Positions 1 to 9,497 of a stretch of DNA of 64,000 nt are shown here, in pieces. The stretch is from an uncultured Verrucomicrobiae bacterium (GTDB lineage Bacteria > Verrucomicrobiota > Verrucomicrobiia > Chthoniobacterales > JAFAMB01): assembly GCA_963762565.1 (NCBI GenBank), contig CAVXLD010000003.1, forward strand, positions 352,001 through 416,000, read 5' to 3'. The notes beneath the pieces were generated by a model. It saw nothing but the letters and a program-made list of their open reading frames with translations. It was not told the origin of the DNA and searched no databases. The position numbers and the translations under genes were made by a program. The number at the start of each line of letters is the position of its first letter. The first letter of the stretch is position 1.

Positions 1-495
1 GAAAAGCTCGGCCACAATCCGAACCAGGACGCCGTTTCCGGCAGTCTCCGCGATATAAAGATGGAAGGCGCGATCGGCCGGAAGATATGATCCCTGATTA
101 TTCAGGTCAGGATCCATGGTTTCTAAGATGCTCTCCATTTCTCGTACCTGGGGGGCCCGGATGTGGCGAGCTGCCATGGCCGCGGTTTCACCCTCAATCG
201 CCATCCGAGCCCGCATAATTTCTAACGGACCCTCGCTGGGGGCGTGGTAGGGGAAAGCGCGCTGCGGCTTGCAAACGAAAACACCAGAACCTGTCCGTAC
301 TTCGACCAGGCCTTCTACCTCCAGCGCAATCAAGGCTTCTCGGACCGACGGTCGGGAAACTTTAAGCTGTTGAGCTAGTTCTCGTTCGGAAGGTAAGCGT
401 GATCCGCTGGGGAATTCTCCATTTTCAATATGGGTCCGAATCTGGAGAGCAATCTCTTGATAGATGCGACGGGGAGATATGACGCGAAACGCCAT
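1..495 (-). CDS. FadR/GntR-family transcriptional regulator (3' end runs off the window)
   Basis: Manual translation of the minus strand from ATG at 495: MAFRVISPRRIYQEIALQIRTHIENGEFPSGSRLPSERELAQQLKVSRPSVREALIALEVEGLVEVRTGSGVFV, a classic GntR winged HTH. Not in the ORF track because it is open-ended. Divergent from the sugar-acid genes. Confidence 0.93.
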   Translation of the reverse strand, partial: MAFRVISPRRIYQEIALQIRTHIENGEFPSGSRLPSERELAQQLKVSRPSVREALIALEVEGLVEVRTGSGVFVCKPQRAFPYHAPSEGPLEIMRARMAIEGETAAMAARHIRAPQVREMESILETMDPDLNNQGSYLPADRAFHLYIAETAGNGVLVRIVAELF

Positions 496-515
496 TGGTA
501 AGAGAGTAGCATAAA

Positions 516-783
516 TGGAGGGGAGCCGCTTTATTGTGTGGCGCAAGACGAGGGGGCATTTAGCCGTATCACGTGTTGCGACTGGGAAAGGGGAGAACAG
601 GCGGCTCCCGAGAATTACCCGGCGTGATGCATTGACCCAGTGTCTCCGCAGGATAGGCTAATAGAGCAGCAAAACGCTGGATCGTTCCCGGGAGCCGCCT
701 GTTTATCGCCCGTTTCGGCCAGACATGCTATAGAGCAATTGCCGTCGGGTCTATCGCCACGCTACAAAGCGGCTCCCCTCCAG
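516..783. repeat. Family C nested-palindrome, MITE-like element, copy 1
   Basis: Terminal inverted repeats TGGAGGGGAGCCGCTTT ... AAAGCGGCTCCCCTCCA, with an inner pair GGCGGCTCCCG ... CGGGAGCCGCC. Same layout at 12476 and 32258. Confidence 0.85.
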
Positions 784-802
784 ACGCGAATCGACCCATC
801 AC

Positions 803-848
803 CTCCTGGATTCTGGCTCCTGAACTCCTCGAACTCCTTGACTCCTCC
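803..848. repeat. CTCCTGAA/CTCCTGA-type short tandem repeat (family G)
   Basis: ctcctggattctggctcctgaactcctcgaactccttgactcct. The reverse complement occurs at 9125-9172 and an inverted pair at 23517-23642. Confidence 0.7.
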
Positions 849-877
849 TGTGTCTTCCAGTATCGGGGGGGGTCAAG

Positions 878-888
878 TGGTAAGACCA
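878..888. promoter_or_regulatory. Putative FadR/GntR operator TGGTAAGACCA
   Basis: TGGT-N3-ACCA palindrome 10 bp upstream of the uxaE-like start. Its exact reverse complement lies at 4377-4387 upstream of the ABC transporter. Confidence 0.75.
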
Positions 889-898
889 ATTTTGTACC

Positions 899-2146
899 AT
901 GTTGAGCATTGAACCCTATACTATCGGCATTGGCGATCGCTTCGCACACCAGGGCCGAGCTCAGCTCGAAGCGTTGGTTCGGGCCAGGGAGGTGGGGATC
1001 AACGTTTTTCCGGTTTGGAACAAGTCCCACCGCGAACACGTTTTAATCAAAACGAAACCGGCTGACGTGCGGGCAGAGGCGGACGCCGCCGTGAAGGCGC
1101 TGAATTGGACCGGCTCGTATTATGTGGATGCTGATCATATCAGCCTCAAAAATGTGGAAGGGTTTATTTCCGCTAGCAATTTTTTCACTATCGATGTAGC
1201 AGATTTCGCCGGCCAGACTGCCGGCCCTGACGCGGAAGAAAGTTTCGTTGAAGCGGCCCGGCGCTTTGGTAACACCTTCACTATCCCCGGCATCCAACGC
1301 CCATTCGAAATTGGTGAAGCCGGGTTGCGGGCTGCGGCTCGCAAGTTTCAACTTGCCATGCAGGAAGCGGGTCGCATTTACCGCGCAATTGCTGCTCAAA
1401 AAGGGGTGGATCATTTTGTTACCGAGATCTCGGTAGACGAAACGTCTACTGCCCAGACGCCGGTGGAGCTCCTGCTCATTTTAGCAATGATCCAAACCGA
1501 AGGGATTCCCGTGCAAACGATCGCTCCAAAATTCACCGGGCGGTTTAACAAGGGAATCGATTACCGCGGCGATCTCGCGCAGTTTGAGAAAGAATTTGAT
1601 GAGGATCTGTCCGTAATTGCTTTTGCCATCCCGGAGTTTGGTCTTCCGCCAACCTTGAAACTGAGCGTCCATTCTGGGAGCGACAAATTCGCGATTTACC
1701 CCATCATCAATCGCCTGATCAAAAGGAAGGACGCCCCTTTACATCTCAAGACAGCTGGCACTACCTGGTTAGAAGAATTGATCGGGCTAGCGGAAGCCGG
1801 AGTTGAGGGGCTGGAAATTGCGAAAGAAATCTATCGCCAGGCGTTCGCCAGGTTCGATGAGCTCAGTGCGCCCTATGCCCCGGTTATAGATATCGATAGA
1901 GCGCAATTACCTGATCCCGAAACCGTCTCGTCCTGGGATTCGAAAACCTATACGGAAACGCTCCGCCATGTGCAATCGTGCCCGAGTTACAATCCTAACT
2001 TTCGGCAGATGCTGCACATCGCCTTCAAAGTCGCGGCCGGAATGGGTGAACGGTTTCTTCAGGCGCTACAAGCAAACGAGGCGGTTATTGCCCGCAATGT
2101 GACGCAGAACCTGCTCGAACGGCATATTAAGCCAATCTTCGGCTAG
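899..2146 (+). CDS. uxaE: Tagaturonate/fructuronate epimerase, UxaE family
   Basis: Motifs G.GDRF, DADH, EISVDET, HSGSDKF, HLKTAGTTWLEE; 415 aa. Confidence 0.85.
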   Translation: MLSIEPYTIGIGDRFAHQGRAQLEALVRAREVGINVFPVWNKSHREHVLIKTKPADVRAEADAAVKALNWTGSYYVDADHISLKNVEGFISASNFFTIDVADFAGQTAGPDAEESFVEAARRFGNTFTIPGIQRPFEIGEAGLRAAARKFQLAMQEAGRIYRAIAAQKGVDHFVTEISVDETSTAQTPVELLLILAMIQTEGIPVQTIAPKFTGRFNKGIDYRGDLAQFEKEFDEDLSVIAFAIPEFGLPPTLKLSVHSGSDKFAIYPIINRLIKRKDAPLHLKTAGTTWLEELIGLAEAGVEGLEIAKEIYRQAFARFDELSAPYAPVIDIDRAQLPDPETVSSWDSKTYTETLRHVQSCPSYNPNFRQMLHIAFKVAAGMGERFLQALQANEAVIARNVTQNLLERHIKPIFG

Positions 2147-2171
2147 CCGAAGTGCGCTTTGAGGTTAAGCC

Positions 2172-3164
2172 ATGGAATACCGCGAGCTGGGGAATACGGG
2201 ACTTGAGGTATCTGTTCTAGGTTTCGGAGCGTCTTCTTTAGGAGGTGTCTTCCATCCGGTCGATCCGGATGACTGTCTTAAGACGGTGCGAGCCGCTTTA
2301 GATGGCGGCATTAACTTCTTCGATGTCTCGCCCGCTTATGGTGAGACCCTGGCAGAAACGAACCTGGGGAAGGCGCTCAAAGGAATCGCCCGTGATCGCT
2401 ATTATCTGGCGACGAAGGTGGGTTCTTACAGTGAGGCGAGAGGGGACTATGATTATTCAGCTGCCCGCACGGAACGGAGCCTGCACCAAAGCTTGAGCAG
2501 GCTTGGTGTCGACTATGTGGATTTAGTTCAATGCCACGACATTGAGTTTGCTGATCGCAACCAAATTTTGGAGGAGACTCTTCCCACTCTGCGCCGCTTG
2601 AAAGAGGTAGGATTAGCTCGTTTTATTGGGATTACCGGTCTGCCGCTCCGGGTCTTCCCGAATGTTCTGGATAACGCGGGGGAAAACCAAGTGGATACGA
2701 TCCTTTCGTTTTGTCACTACGAATTGAATGACCACTCTTTGCTTGAGTTGCTGCCCTATCTGACGAAAAGGGGGGTCGGTGTGATCAACGCGTCTCCGAC
2801 CGGGATGGGGTTATTGACTCCACAAGGCGCTCCCGCCTGGCATCCGGCGAGCAAACTGATCATCGATGGCTGCCGAAAAGCGGTCGAATACTGCCAAACC
2901 CGGGGGATAGATATCGTGAAACTTGCTATCCAGTTCGCCTGCTCGCAGCCCGGCATCGCCACCACCCTCGTGAGCACCGCGCGCCCGAGCAATATCCGCG
3001 ACAACATTGCCTACGTCGAAGAACCGATAGATCAGAGTCGGCTTGCCGAGGTGCTGGACGTACTCAAGCCCATCCACAATTTCAACTTTACCCGCGGCCG
3101 GTCAGAGCATCGCGACTTGTTAGTAGGCCCCGCTAGCGATTCGCCCGGCTGGGCTGTTTCATGA
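2172..3164 (+). CDS. Aldo/keto reductase, L-galactose dehydrogenase-like
   Basis: MEYRELGNTGLEVSVLGFGASSLGGVF, GINFFDVSPAYG, ATKVG, DLVQCHDIEF, GITGLPL, SFCHY match the L-galactose dehydrogenase subgroup of AKRs. Substrate is inferred. Confidence 0.8.
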   Translation: MEYRELGNTGLEVSVLGFGASSLGGVFHPVDPDDCLKTVRAALDGGINFFDVSPAYGETLAETNLGKALKGIARDRYYLATKVGSYSEARGDYDYSAARTERSLHQSLSRLGVDYVDLVQCHDIEFADRNQILEETLPTLRRLKEVGLARFIGITGLPLRVFPNVLDNAGENQVDTILSFCHYELNDHSLLELLPYLTKRGVGVINASPTGMGLLTPQGAPAWHPASKLIIDGCRKAVEYCQTRGIDIVKLAIQFACSQPGIATTLVSTARPSNIRDNIAYVEEPIDQSRLAEVLDVLKPIHNFNFTRGRSEHRDLLVGPASDSPGWAVS

Positions 3165-4187
3165 AAGCGATTCGTCTGGAAGCACCTGGCCGCTTCGCTC
3201 CGGTAACCCTTGACCCGGCTTCCACGCAGCTGCAACCCGACGAGGCCCTGGTTCGGGTTCACCGGATTGGCGTTTGTGGAACCGACATGCATGCTTTCAG
3301 GGGCGATCAGCCGTTTTTTAGTTATCCTCGAATCCTTGGTCATGAGCTCGGGGTCGAGGTATTGGAGTTGGGCGGACCTGCCGAAGGAATTCGACGCGGC
3401 CAGTTTTGCGCGGTTGAGCCTTACCTCAATTGCGGAACCTGCATTGCGTGCCGCCATGGGAAACCTAATTGCTGCGTTAAATTGCTAGTGCTTGGAGTTC
3501 ACGTCGACGGCGGGATGCGCGAAAGGTTGGTTCTGCCCAATCCGTAAACTCCATTTTTCCGAGAGCCTGGCCCTGGATCAGTTGGCGCTAGTCGAAACGC
3601 TGGCGATCGGTTGCCACGCGGTCGATCGGGCGGCTCTGGAAAGCAATGAATTTGTTTTGGTGATCGGCGCCGGGCCGATTGGGCTTGGGGTGGTGCAATT
3701 CGCTATCGAAGCCGGAGCCCAGGTCATCGTCTTGGATATTAGTCCACACCGTCTCGAGTTTTGCCGGAGCCGGCTTAACGTTCCCTACACGATCGATGCT
3801 TCCCGTGAAAATGTGCTGGCGGCGTTAGCAGAGATAACGTCAGGGGATTTACCCACTGCCGTTTTCGACGCCACCGGCAATGGACGATCGATGGCCAGCG
3901 CGTTTGAATATCCGGCGAACGGCGGTCGCCTGATTTTTGTGGGTCTGGTTCAAGGAGAAGTCGCTTTCAATGACCCTAATTTTCATCGCCGCGAGCTGAC
4001 GATTCTGGCTAGCAGAAACGCGCGTCCGGACGATTTTACCCGCATCATCACCCTGATCGAAGCGAATAGAATCGATACATCACCCTGGATCACGCACCGA
4101 GCTTTGCTCCCCGACGTGGTGACCGAATTCCCGCTCTGGACCAAGCCCGGTAGCGGGGTGGTGAAGGCGATGATCGAGGTGGTCTGA
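3161..4187 (+). pseudogene. Zn-dependent (MDR) sugar-acid dehydrogenase, L-galactonate 5-dehydrogenase-like; +1 frameshift near 3536-3540 (pseudogene or sequencing indel)
   Basis: N-half (GVCGTDMH, GHE, CxxCxxC...C) in ORF 3161..3547; C-half (GAGPIG, DATGN, FHRRELT, SRNA) in ORF 3492..4187. Removing one base from ctgcccaatccgt joins ...RERLVLP-IRKLHFSESL... Confidence 0.85.
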
Positions 4188-4226
4188 AAATCTGAGACCC
4201 TGGCAAACCCGGCAGAAGATATTCAG

Positions 4227-4328
4227 AATGACAAATGACAAATGCCAGATGACAAATGACAGATGACAAAGGCTCCTCGAGGATTCTGATAACCGGCGAT
4301 CTGTCATCTGATATTTGTCATTTGTCAT
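4227..4328. repeat. Inverted pair of AATGACA heptamer runs (family H)
   Basis: aatgacaaatgacaaatgccagatgacaaatgacagatgaca ... tctgtcatctgatatttgtcatttgtcat. Confidence 0.85.
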
Positions 4329-4374
4329 CCTGGATCGCTGGCGAATCCTTGGACGGATTTGCCAGCGATCCAGG
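4329..4374. repeat. 20-bp stem hairpin (possible terminator or REP-like element)
   Basis: CCTGGATCGCTGGCGAATCC-ttggac-GGATTTGCCAGCGATCCAGG, one G:T pair, no U-tract. Confidence 0.7.
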
Positions 4375-4376
4375 CC

Positions 4377-4407
4377 TGGTCTTACCAGTTAATTGGCCAG
4401 ACCAATT
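4377..4407. promoter_or_regulatory. Tandem putative FadR/GntR operators TGGTCTTACCA and AATTGGCCAGACCAATT
   Basis: The first is the exact reverse complement of the 878-888 site. The second is a near-palindromic variant. Both are upstream of the ABC substrate-binding gene. Confidence 0.75.
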
Positions 4408-4614
4408 CTGTTGGATTCCGTGAACCCAGGATGGCAAACCCCCGAAATGCTTCCGTTTCCGCCTCGTCAACGTCTGGGTTTCGTTTTCTTCAGCCTACAC
4501 CCTTGTCTGTAGAAGCATTATCGCTTATTTAAAGAATCGTTCGGTATGGCAGACGCCGGCCCTGCCGGAGTAAATCCATAGTTACGGCGTTGTAATTAGC
4601 AAGCTCACCCCCAA

Positions 4615-5616
4615 ATGAAACTCTTCAGCTCGATTCTGAGCCGCCGGGCCTTAATTGGTCTCGCCGGCGCAATCTTCGCCGCTGGTGTGGCTCAACCGCC
4701 CACGGCTCTAGCTCAAAAACCGAAAATTCCTTGTATTGTAAAGGACACGACCTCGAATTATTGGCAGATTGTTTTTGCCGGTGCTCGCAAGGCGGCTAAG
4801 GACCTCAACGTCGATGTGCCTGAACTTGGAGCGCAATCCGAGTCTGACATTAACGGTCAGATTGGGATTCTTGAGAACGCTGTTTCTGAGCACCCGGCTG
4901 CGATCGTGATTGCCCCAACCCAGTTCCACGCTCTTGGAAAGCCGATCGAGGAAGCGGCTAAGCAGGTCAAGATCATCGGGATCGATTCGGCCGCGGACAC
5001 AAACGCGTTCGTTTCCTTCCTCCAGACCGATAACACACAGGCCGGCCGGGTCGCGGCGGACTCCTTGGCGGAGGCAATCAAACAAAAGTACGGTAAGGCC
5101 GAAGGCGACGTCGCGCTCATCACCTCGTTACCTGGCGTTGGTTCGTTGGACCAGCGGGCCAAGGGCTTCAAGGAAGAGCTGGCCAAGTATCCGGGTTTGA
5201 AACTGGTTGCCGACAAAGTCGCCGATGGTATGGCTACGACCGGGCTGAATATCACGACCGATCTGATCACGGCCAACCCAAATCTCCGCGGTATTTTTGC
5301 TTCCAATCTGATTATGGCGCAGGGAGCGGGCCAAGCCATTGCTGAGAACAAAGCTGCTGACAAGATCAAACTGATCGGTTTCGACTCCGACGATAAGCTG
5401 ATCGGATACTTGAAAGACGGGACGATTTACGCCTTGATCATCCAGGATCCATTCCGGATGGGCTATGACGGAGTCAAGACCGCTCTGGCGGCTTCGAAGG
5501 GAGAGAAAGTTCCGGCCACAGTGGATACGGGTGTAACGGCTATTACTAAGGCGAACATGGATACGCCGAAGTGCAAGCACCTGCTGGATCCTATTAAAAA
5601 CCCCTCGGAATCCTAA
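4615..5616 (+). CDS. Sugar ABC transporter substrate-binding protein (RbsB-like)
   Basis: Signal peptide (SRRALIG...ALA-Q), Peripla_BP-type motifs (IDS, TDNTQAG, RAKGF, GFD, QDPFRMGY). Confidence 0.92.
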   Translation: MKLFSSILSRRALIGLAGAIFAAGVAQPPTALAQKPKIPCIVKDTTSNYWQIVFAGARKAAKDLNVDVPELGAQSESDINGQIGILENAVSEHPAAIVIAPTQFHALGKPIEEAAKQVKIIGIDSAADTNAFVSFLQTDNTQAGRVAADSLAEAIKQKYGKAEGDVALITSLPGVGSLDQRAKGFKEELAKYPGLKLVADKVADGMATTGLNITTDLITANPNLRGIFASNLIMAQGAGQAIAENKAADKIKLIGFDSDDKLIGYLKDGTIYALIIQDPFRMGYDGVKTALAASKGEKVPATVDTGVTAITKANMDTPKCKHLLDPIKNPSES

Positions 5617-5631
5617 GACGTTGCGACCTGG

Positions 5632-7191
5632 ATGACAGATCGGCCGTCGACAAATCCGGACGCCGAGGACGGAGATCAGAAAATTGGCGCGGCGAATGGA
5701 GCCGCGCCGATCCTGGTTCTGAAGGGCCTCGATAAACGATTCGGCGCTACCCATGCGCTGAAAACGGTCGACCTTGCTTTCGATCGCGGCGAGATTCACG
5801 CGATCGTCGGTGAAAACGGCGCGGGTAAATCCACCTTAATCAAACTCCTTACCGGCGTGTACCCGCGCACGGCCGGTGAGGTGGACTGGGAAGGGCGGCC
5901 CGTGGCTCTGGCGACTCCTCATGAGGCCATCAATCTAGGCATCAACGCGGTGCACCAAGAGGTTGTTCTTTGTCGTCATCTCACGGTGGCCGGCAACCTG
6001 TTTCTCGGCGACGAAAAAGAGCGGTTCGGACTTCTGCAGCACGGTGCGATGGTGCGAGAAGCCCAGCGGATCCTCAACGAACTCGGGTTCAAATTGCCGG
6101 CCGGCGCTCTGCTTTCCACCTTGACCATCGGCCAGCAGCAACTAGTCGCCGCCGCCCGCGCCACCATGCGTGGTACCAAATTTCTGATTTTCGATGAGCC
6201 AACCGCGTATCTGACTCGGCGCGAGGTCGGCCAGCTGTTTGCGTTGATCCGCCGGTTGAAAAAGCGCGGGGTTACCATCATCTACATTTCGCATCGTCTG
6301 GAAGAAGTGTTCCAGCTGGCAGACCGGGTCTCGATTCTGCGCGATGGCCAACTGGTATCCACCCGGCGGGTTGCCGAGACGAATGAACAAGCGCTCATCG
6401 CCGGCATGATCAATCGCTCGCTTGATCAAGTTCATTACAAAGAGACGATTCCGTTTGGCTCGGAGATCCTGCGGACGGAGCATTTGAGCGGCAAAGGATT
6501 TAAGGATGTTTCCATCCGTGTCCGGGCAGGTGAAGTGATCGGGCTTTACGGCCTGATTGGGGCCGGGCGCAGCGAGTTTGTGCAGAGTCTGTTTGGCCGG
6601 TTCCCAAAAACCGGCGGGCAGATTTTTTGGAAAGGTCAGCCGGTTGAGGTCCGCAAAGAAAAGAAGGCGATTGCGCTTGGTATCGCTCTGGTGCCAGAAA
6701 GCCGGCGAGACCAGGGGCTCTGTCTGAATCTTCCGGTCGCTCTCAATCTCAACCTGCCGATCTACAAGCGCCTGACCAAAGGACCGGTGATAAATCCGTT
6801 TGCAGAATCTGAAGCGGCTGATCGGCAAATCCGCAACGTGCAAATCAAAACCGCGTCGCGCAATTCCCTTGCGTCAAGTCTCTCCGGCGGTAACCAGCAG
6901 AAGATTGTGGTGGGTAAATGGCTCAACCATGGAGCGCAGTTGTTCATATTCGATGAGCCGACCACGGGAGTTGACGTAGGCACCAAGGCGGAGATTTACA
7001 AGCTCTTCGCCCAGCTACTGAAGGCGGGGGCGGGGATCATTCTGATTTCTTCCTACCTTCCAGAGGTCTATGACATTTGTGACACGCTACACGTGTTTCG
7101 CCGGGGCAGATTGGTGGCGACGCATGAGGCCGCGCACGTTAGCGAAAAAGTGTTGCATGAAACGATTTTGACTGAGGCAATAGGAACTTGA
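5632..7191 (+). CDS. Sugar ABC transporter ATP-binding protein (RbsA/MglA-like)
   Basis: GENGAGKST, DEPT, ISHRL, LSGGNQQK, DEPTTGVDVG; two nucleotide-binding domains. Confidence 0.95.
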   Translation: MTDRPSTNPDAEDGDQKIGAANGAAPILVLKGLDKRFGATHALKTVDLAFDRGEIHAIVGENGAGKSTLIKLLTGVYPRTAGEVDWEGRPVALATPHEAINLGINAVHQEVVLCRHLTVAGNLFLGDEKERFGLLQHGAMVREAQRILNELGFKLPAGALLSTLTIGQQQLVAAARATMRGTKFLIFDEPTAYLTRREVGQLFALIRRLKKRGVTIIYISHRLEEVFQLADRVSILRDGQLVSTRRVAETNEQALIAGMINRSLDQVHYKETIPFGSEILRTEHLSGKGFKDVSIRVRAGEVIGLYGLIGAGRSEFVQSLFGRFPKTGGQIFWKGQPVEVRKEKKAIALGIALVPESRRDQGLCLNLPVALNLNLPIYKRLTKGPVINPFAESEAADRQIRNVQIKTASRNSLASSLSGGNQQKIVVGKWLNHGAQLFIFDEPTTGVDVGTKAEIYKLFAQLLKAGAGIILISSYLPEVYDICDTLHVFRRGRLVATHEAAHVSEKVLHETILTEAIGT

Positions 7192-7224
7192 ACGCATGGA
7201 GCATTTTTTAGAGAAAGAAAAGAA

Positions 7225-8235
7225 ATGAGTGTTGAGGCTTCCGAAGTGCTTGAGGTAGCGGCAACGAAACGCAGAGCGCGTCTCGGAATGTTATTCAACC
7301 TGACGCTGGTTATCCTTCTGGTGCTTTTGTGGGTAACGCTGGCGTTCACGACCAAAAACTTCTTTACTCATATCAATATCCCGAACCTCCTGCGCCAGGG
7401 CTCGATGATCGCGATCCTGGCGATGGGGGAAACGTTCGTCATCATTACCGCAGGTATCGATCTCTCGGTTGGCGCGGTGGCCGCTTTCTGCACCGTCATC
7501 ACGGCCTTGCTGTTTAAGCAGAGTTACCCAATTCCTGCAGTCGTCCTCATTGTCCTGGTTGTCGGTTTTATAATCGGCAGTTTCCACGCGTTCGGTATCA
7601 CTAAGCTCGGGTTGCCGCCCTTTATTATGACGTTGGCCACAATGACAGTCCTACGCGGTCTCGGACTGATCTTAACCGGCGGCAGCACGGTCTCCATCGA
7701 CAATACTGCATTTACAAGCTTCTCGTATGGCGACCTGGGCGCTATCTGGTTGCCGGGTCTGGGCTTCCTGCCGTTACCGAATCTTTTCTGGATGGTGTTG
7801 CTGGTAGGAATTCCAGCGTACGTATTCCTGCATCACAGCAGGTTCGGCCGGTACTTGTTTGCGGTTGGCTCGAATACAGAAGCGGCTCGGCTTTCCGGGG
7901 TCAATACCCGATTCATGATTTACCTCGCTTACATACTCTCTGCGATGACTGCAGCTTTTGTCGGCGTGCTGTTGGCGTCGCGTATCGGCATAGGGATGGC
8001 GACCCAGGCAGAGGGTTGGGAACTGCAGGCGATCGCCTCGTCTGTAATTGGCGGCACCAGTCTCTTTGGTGCCATTGGATCAGTCCATGGACCGCTGCTC
8101 GGCGCCTTCATCCTGGCCACGATCAATAATGGCTGCAATCTGCTGAACGTGAACTCCTATTGGCAACTGGTTATTACCGGTTTCCTGATCATCGTGATCG
8201 TCTACTTCGACGGGCTGCGGAGAAAAAGCGCCTAA
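7225..8235 (+). CDS. Sugar ABC transporter permease (RbsC-like)
   Basis: GIDLSVG, GRYLFAVGSNTEAARLSGV, IGGTSLFG; multiple transmembrane helices. Confidence 0.95.
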   Translation: MSVEASEVLEVAATKRRARLGMLFNLTLVILLVLLWVTLAFTTKNFFTHINIPNLLRQGSMIAILAMGETFVIITAGIDLSVGAVAAFCTVITALLFKQSYPIPAVVLIVLVVGFIIGSFHAFGITKLGLPPFIMTLATMTVLRGLGLILTGGSTVSIDNTAFTSFSYGDLGAIWLPGLGFLPLPNLFWMVLLVGIPAYVFLHHSRFGRYLFAVGSNTEAARLSGVNTRFMIYLAYILSAMTAAFVGVLLASRIGIGMATQAEGWELQAIASSVIGGTSLFGAIGSVHGPLLGAFILATINNGCNLLNVNSYWQLVITGFLIIVIVYFDGLRRKSA

Positions 8236-8239
8236 TACG

Positions 8240-8384
8240 TTATAGGTTATAGGTTTTAAGTTTTAGGTCCTAAGCTGGACGTTCGAGGCCAGGACGGAAG
8301 AATCGCCAGGCAGCCATGCCAAGGGTTACAAGCCCAACCTAAAACTTAAAACCTATAACCTATAACCTATAGCCTAGAACCTAG
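8240..8384. repeat. Inverted pair of TTATAGG/TTTTAAG heptamer runs (family I) around a unique loop
   Basis: ttataggttataggttttaagttttagg ... cctaaaacttaaaacctataacctataacctatagcctag, between convergent genes. Confidence 0.85.
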
Positions 8385-8386
8385 AG

Positions 8387-8608
8387 TTACGGTTCTGGCA
8401 ACTTGGGGATCCGGCCGGCTGCCCTTTCCTGCTCTAGGAACAAGCGGATCTCGGAAGGCTCGATACCGGTATTCCTCAGGTATTGAATCGCTTTAACCAG
8501 ACCCTTTTCCGTGTGGATCTGGTGAAACCTTTCCCGCCAATCTTCATTTGCTTTAGCGGTAGCTTGGCGCATCTCACTTAATCCACCATCTCTCGGGCGA
8601 GATTGCAA
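8387..8608 (-). CDS. Small hypothetical protein (start may be the internal ATG, MRQATAK...)
   Basis: Protein-like charged helical composition; fills the gap between repeats. No family recognised. Confidence 0.4.
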   Translation of the reverse strand: MQSRPRDGGLSEMRQATAKANEDWRERFHQIHTEKGLVKAIQYLRNTGIEPSEIRLFLEQERAAGRIPKLPEP

Positions 8609-8660
8609 GGGTAAGCCTGCGGCGCTCCTCGGGCATTCGCCCGACCGCGGCGCAGGCTAT

Positions 8661-9116
8661 TCACAACCAACGGCGGACTCGTTTGCGGTAGGCATCGTAT
8701 TCCACCCCAAAATGCTCGTGGAGCAGCTGTTCTTCGAACGGGATCAGCCGAAAGTTTATTAGCCCGAAAAAGACAATTGGCGGAATAAGGAACCAAAGCG
8801 ATTCGAACGCGAATAAGCATCCGATAGAGATGAGTAGTAATCCGAGATACATCGGATTCCGAGTAATTCGATAGGGTCCGCTCAGCACCAATTGAGTCGG
8901 TTCTGCTCCCGGTCGAACCGGCGTGCGCCGAGACTTGAACGAGAAAAAACCGGCGGCCGCGGACCCGACTCCGGCCAAAATGAAGAGCGTGGCAATCGCG
9001 CCATGAAATGGGATCGTTAAGAAGGCAATCGGCGCAACGGAAGTCAGCAAAGCGGAGAGCAGGAGCAAAACGAGCATCAAGATAGGAGGTGGCAGGGGGA
9101 TCGGGGGCGACTTCAT
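8661..9116 (-). CDS. Isoprenylcysteine carboxyl methyltransferase / PEMT-family membrane protein
   Basis: LVLSGPYRITRNPMYLG and IPFEEQLL...FG.EY..Y...VRRWL. Confidence 0.92.
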   Translation of the reverse strand: MKSPPIPLPPPILMLVLLLLSALLTSVAPIAFLTIPFHGAIATLFILAGVGSAAAGFFSFKSRRTPVRPGAEPTQLVLSGPYRITRNPMYLGLLLISIGCLFAFESLWFLIPPIVFFGLINFRLIPFEEQLLHEHFGVEYDAYRKRVRRWL

Positions 9117-9181
9117 TGGAGGAAAGGAGTCGAGGAGTTCAAGAAGTTCAAGGAGAGGAGCCAGGAGTCAGGAGGCCGCAG

Positions 9182-9373
9182 CCGTGGAGCGCGCCTCGCT
9201 TGCGAGGCCGTGGTGAACAAGGTTGAAGGGATGGCGGAAACATGAGTTGGCTGCACTCTTGCGTTTATTATAAGGAAGCAACCGGCCACGAAATAGGGCG
9301 CAGACAGAGATAGGATCTGCGTCATGGTGTTCGTTTGCTTACCACGGCCTCGCAAGCGAGGCACGCTCCACGG
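9182..9373. repeat. Family A REP-like doublet (inverted pair of GGCCTCGCAAGCGAGGC-ACGCTCCACGG)
   Basis: ccgtggagcgcgcctcgcttgcgaggccgtggt ... accacggcctcgcaagcgaggcacgctccacgg; same doublets at 52446 and 63741. Confidence 0.9.
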
Positions 9374-9401
9374 GTCGCGGCGATTCGGGTTCCTGAAGAT
9401 A

Positions 9402-9417
9402 GTGACAATCTTGTCAC
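9402..9417. promoter_or_regulatory. Palindrome GTGACAA-TC-TTGTCAC, candidate operator upstream of the TonB-dependent receptor
   Basis: Perfect 7-bp inverted repeat about 80 bp upstream of the probable ATG at 9498. Confidence 0.4.
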
Positions 9418-9497
9418 AAAATTCTGGTTTTAAGACCCGGGAACCTGATCCTATATGGGCGGCGATGCGCTTAGGATACCCCTTCAAACTGTCAAGG

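Noticed and set aside
640..912. 90-aa ORF upstream of uxaE
   Set aside because: It lies over family C and G repeats and the operator region and has no protein-like features.
3530..3547. Programmed ribosomal frameshift in the dehydrogenase or paaC
   Set aside because: No canonical slippery heptamer or stimulatory structure is visible, and I know of no precedent in these families; an indel is more parsimonious.
9324..9497. N-terminal extension of the TonB-dependent receptor
   Set aside because: It runs through a family A repeat; the signal peptide begins after ATG 9498.
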